Shown here in pieces: positions 63,278 through 64,000 of a stretch of 64,000 bases of DNA. The notes beneath the pieces are model-generated. The model worked only from the letters and a program-made list of their open reading frames with translations. It was not told where the DNA came from and did not search any database. The stretch comes from the human T2T-CHM13v2.0 reference genome, Homo sapiens: the NCBI RefSeq assembly GCF_009914755.1, contig NC_060926.1; one strand, 5' to 3'. Position numbers and translations under genes: made by a program. Within the stretch, counting starts at the first letter, position 1. Each line of letters begins with the position of its first letter.

Positions 63278-63524
63278 CTGAAAGAAGGAACAAAGAGGTA
63301 CAAAGAGGTACAGATAGTTAGTGGATTTAGAATAATTCAGCACCAAAATATCACCTTAATGTTGTTATTAGAGCAACATTTTGGAAATAAGTCTATTTGA
63401 TTTCCTATTTTTTTTCTTTCCTTCTTATGCACTTTTCCTCTGGTGCACTTAGGAAATAGTAGACAGCCCCATCATAAAAATTAACCCTCACAACAGTCAT
63501 CAGCTAAGACGGGCAGCTTTCAGA

Positions 63525-63730
63525 AGATGCTGTGTTAGCAGGGAAATAATACTTAACAATAACGTATTGTATATTTCGAAATAGCTAGAAGGGAAGAATT
63601 GGAATGTTCCCAACAGGAAGAAAAGATAAATATTTGAGGTGACGAATATCCTAGTTACCCTGATTTGATCATTACACATTGAATCCCTGTATCAAAATAT
63701 CACACGTACCTGAAAATAGCAATAAAAAAG
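63525..63730 (+). mobile_element. L1MA 3' terminal fragment
   Basis: taacaataacgtattgtatatttcgaaatagctagaag...taccctgatttgatcattacaca. Confidence 0.85.
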
Positions 63731-64000
63731 AAGATGCTTTTTTTTTTTTTCTCTCAAATACATAGGGGCTTTTCCCCTGGGCAGTTTGCATTCCACAATT
63801 ACTTGTTTAGTGTTTTCCAAGCTCCCAGTGCTGGGCTGTGTCTCCGTGCCTGCCCCAGGGGCTTTCATGGTAAAGAGAGATGAGAAAAAGAGCCATAAAG
63901 CCATAAACTTGAGTTGTGAGCAAAGCTTCTTAGGCCATCCATCAGTCAAAGAGCTGGAAAAGATGTTGTCCCCAAGATCCTACCTAGTGGGGAAAACCAA

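Overview
Primate (very probably human) genomic DNA from inside the AFF3 (LAF4) gene, which runs on the minus strand. Only two coding exons are recognisable, both very short: 63226-63277 (52 nt, MLEDDLKLSSDEEENEQ) and 40359-40399 (41 nt, QAAQRTALRALSD). Both have canonical AG/GT ends and splice in frame. The rest looks intronic: about 25 Alus, L1/L2/L3/MIR fragments, MaLR LTRs, an LTR7-family solo LTR, hAT DNA-transposon relics, microsatellites and several unique stretches that look like enhancers. Nearly all ORFs in the supplied track are repeat-derived or chance. I cannot demonstrate a new biological system. The best leads are: (1) a diverged ~310-bp non-repeat-looking element present twice, 8.46 kb apart, with a 31-nt identical core; (2) a 255-codon stop-free frame on the AFF3 strand followed closely by AATAAA; (3) a candidate 11-nt poison micro-exon; (4) a NAGNAG acceptor and a frame-coupled micro-exon pair in AFF3; (5) an abutting inverted Alu pair. 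Repeat subfamily names and boundaries were called by eye from remembered consensus sequences and are approximate unless a target-site duplication (TSD) is given.
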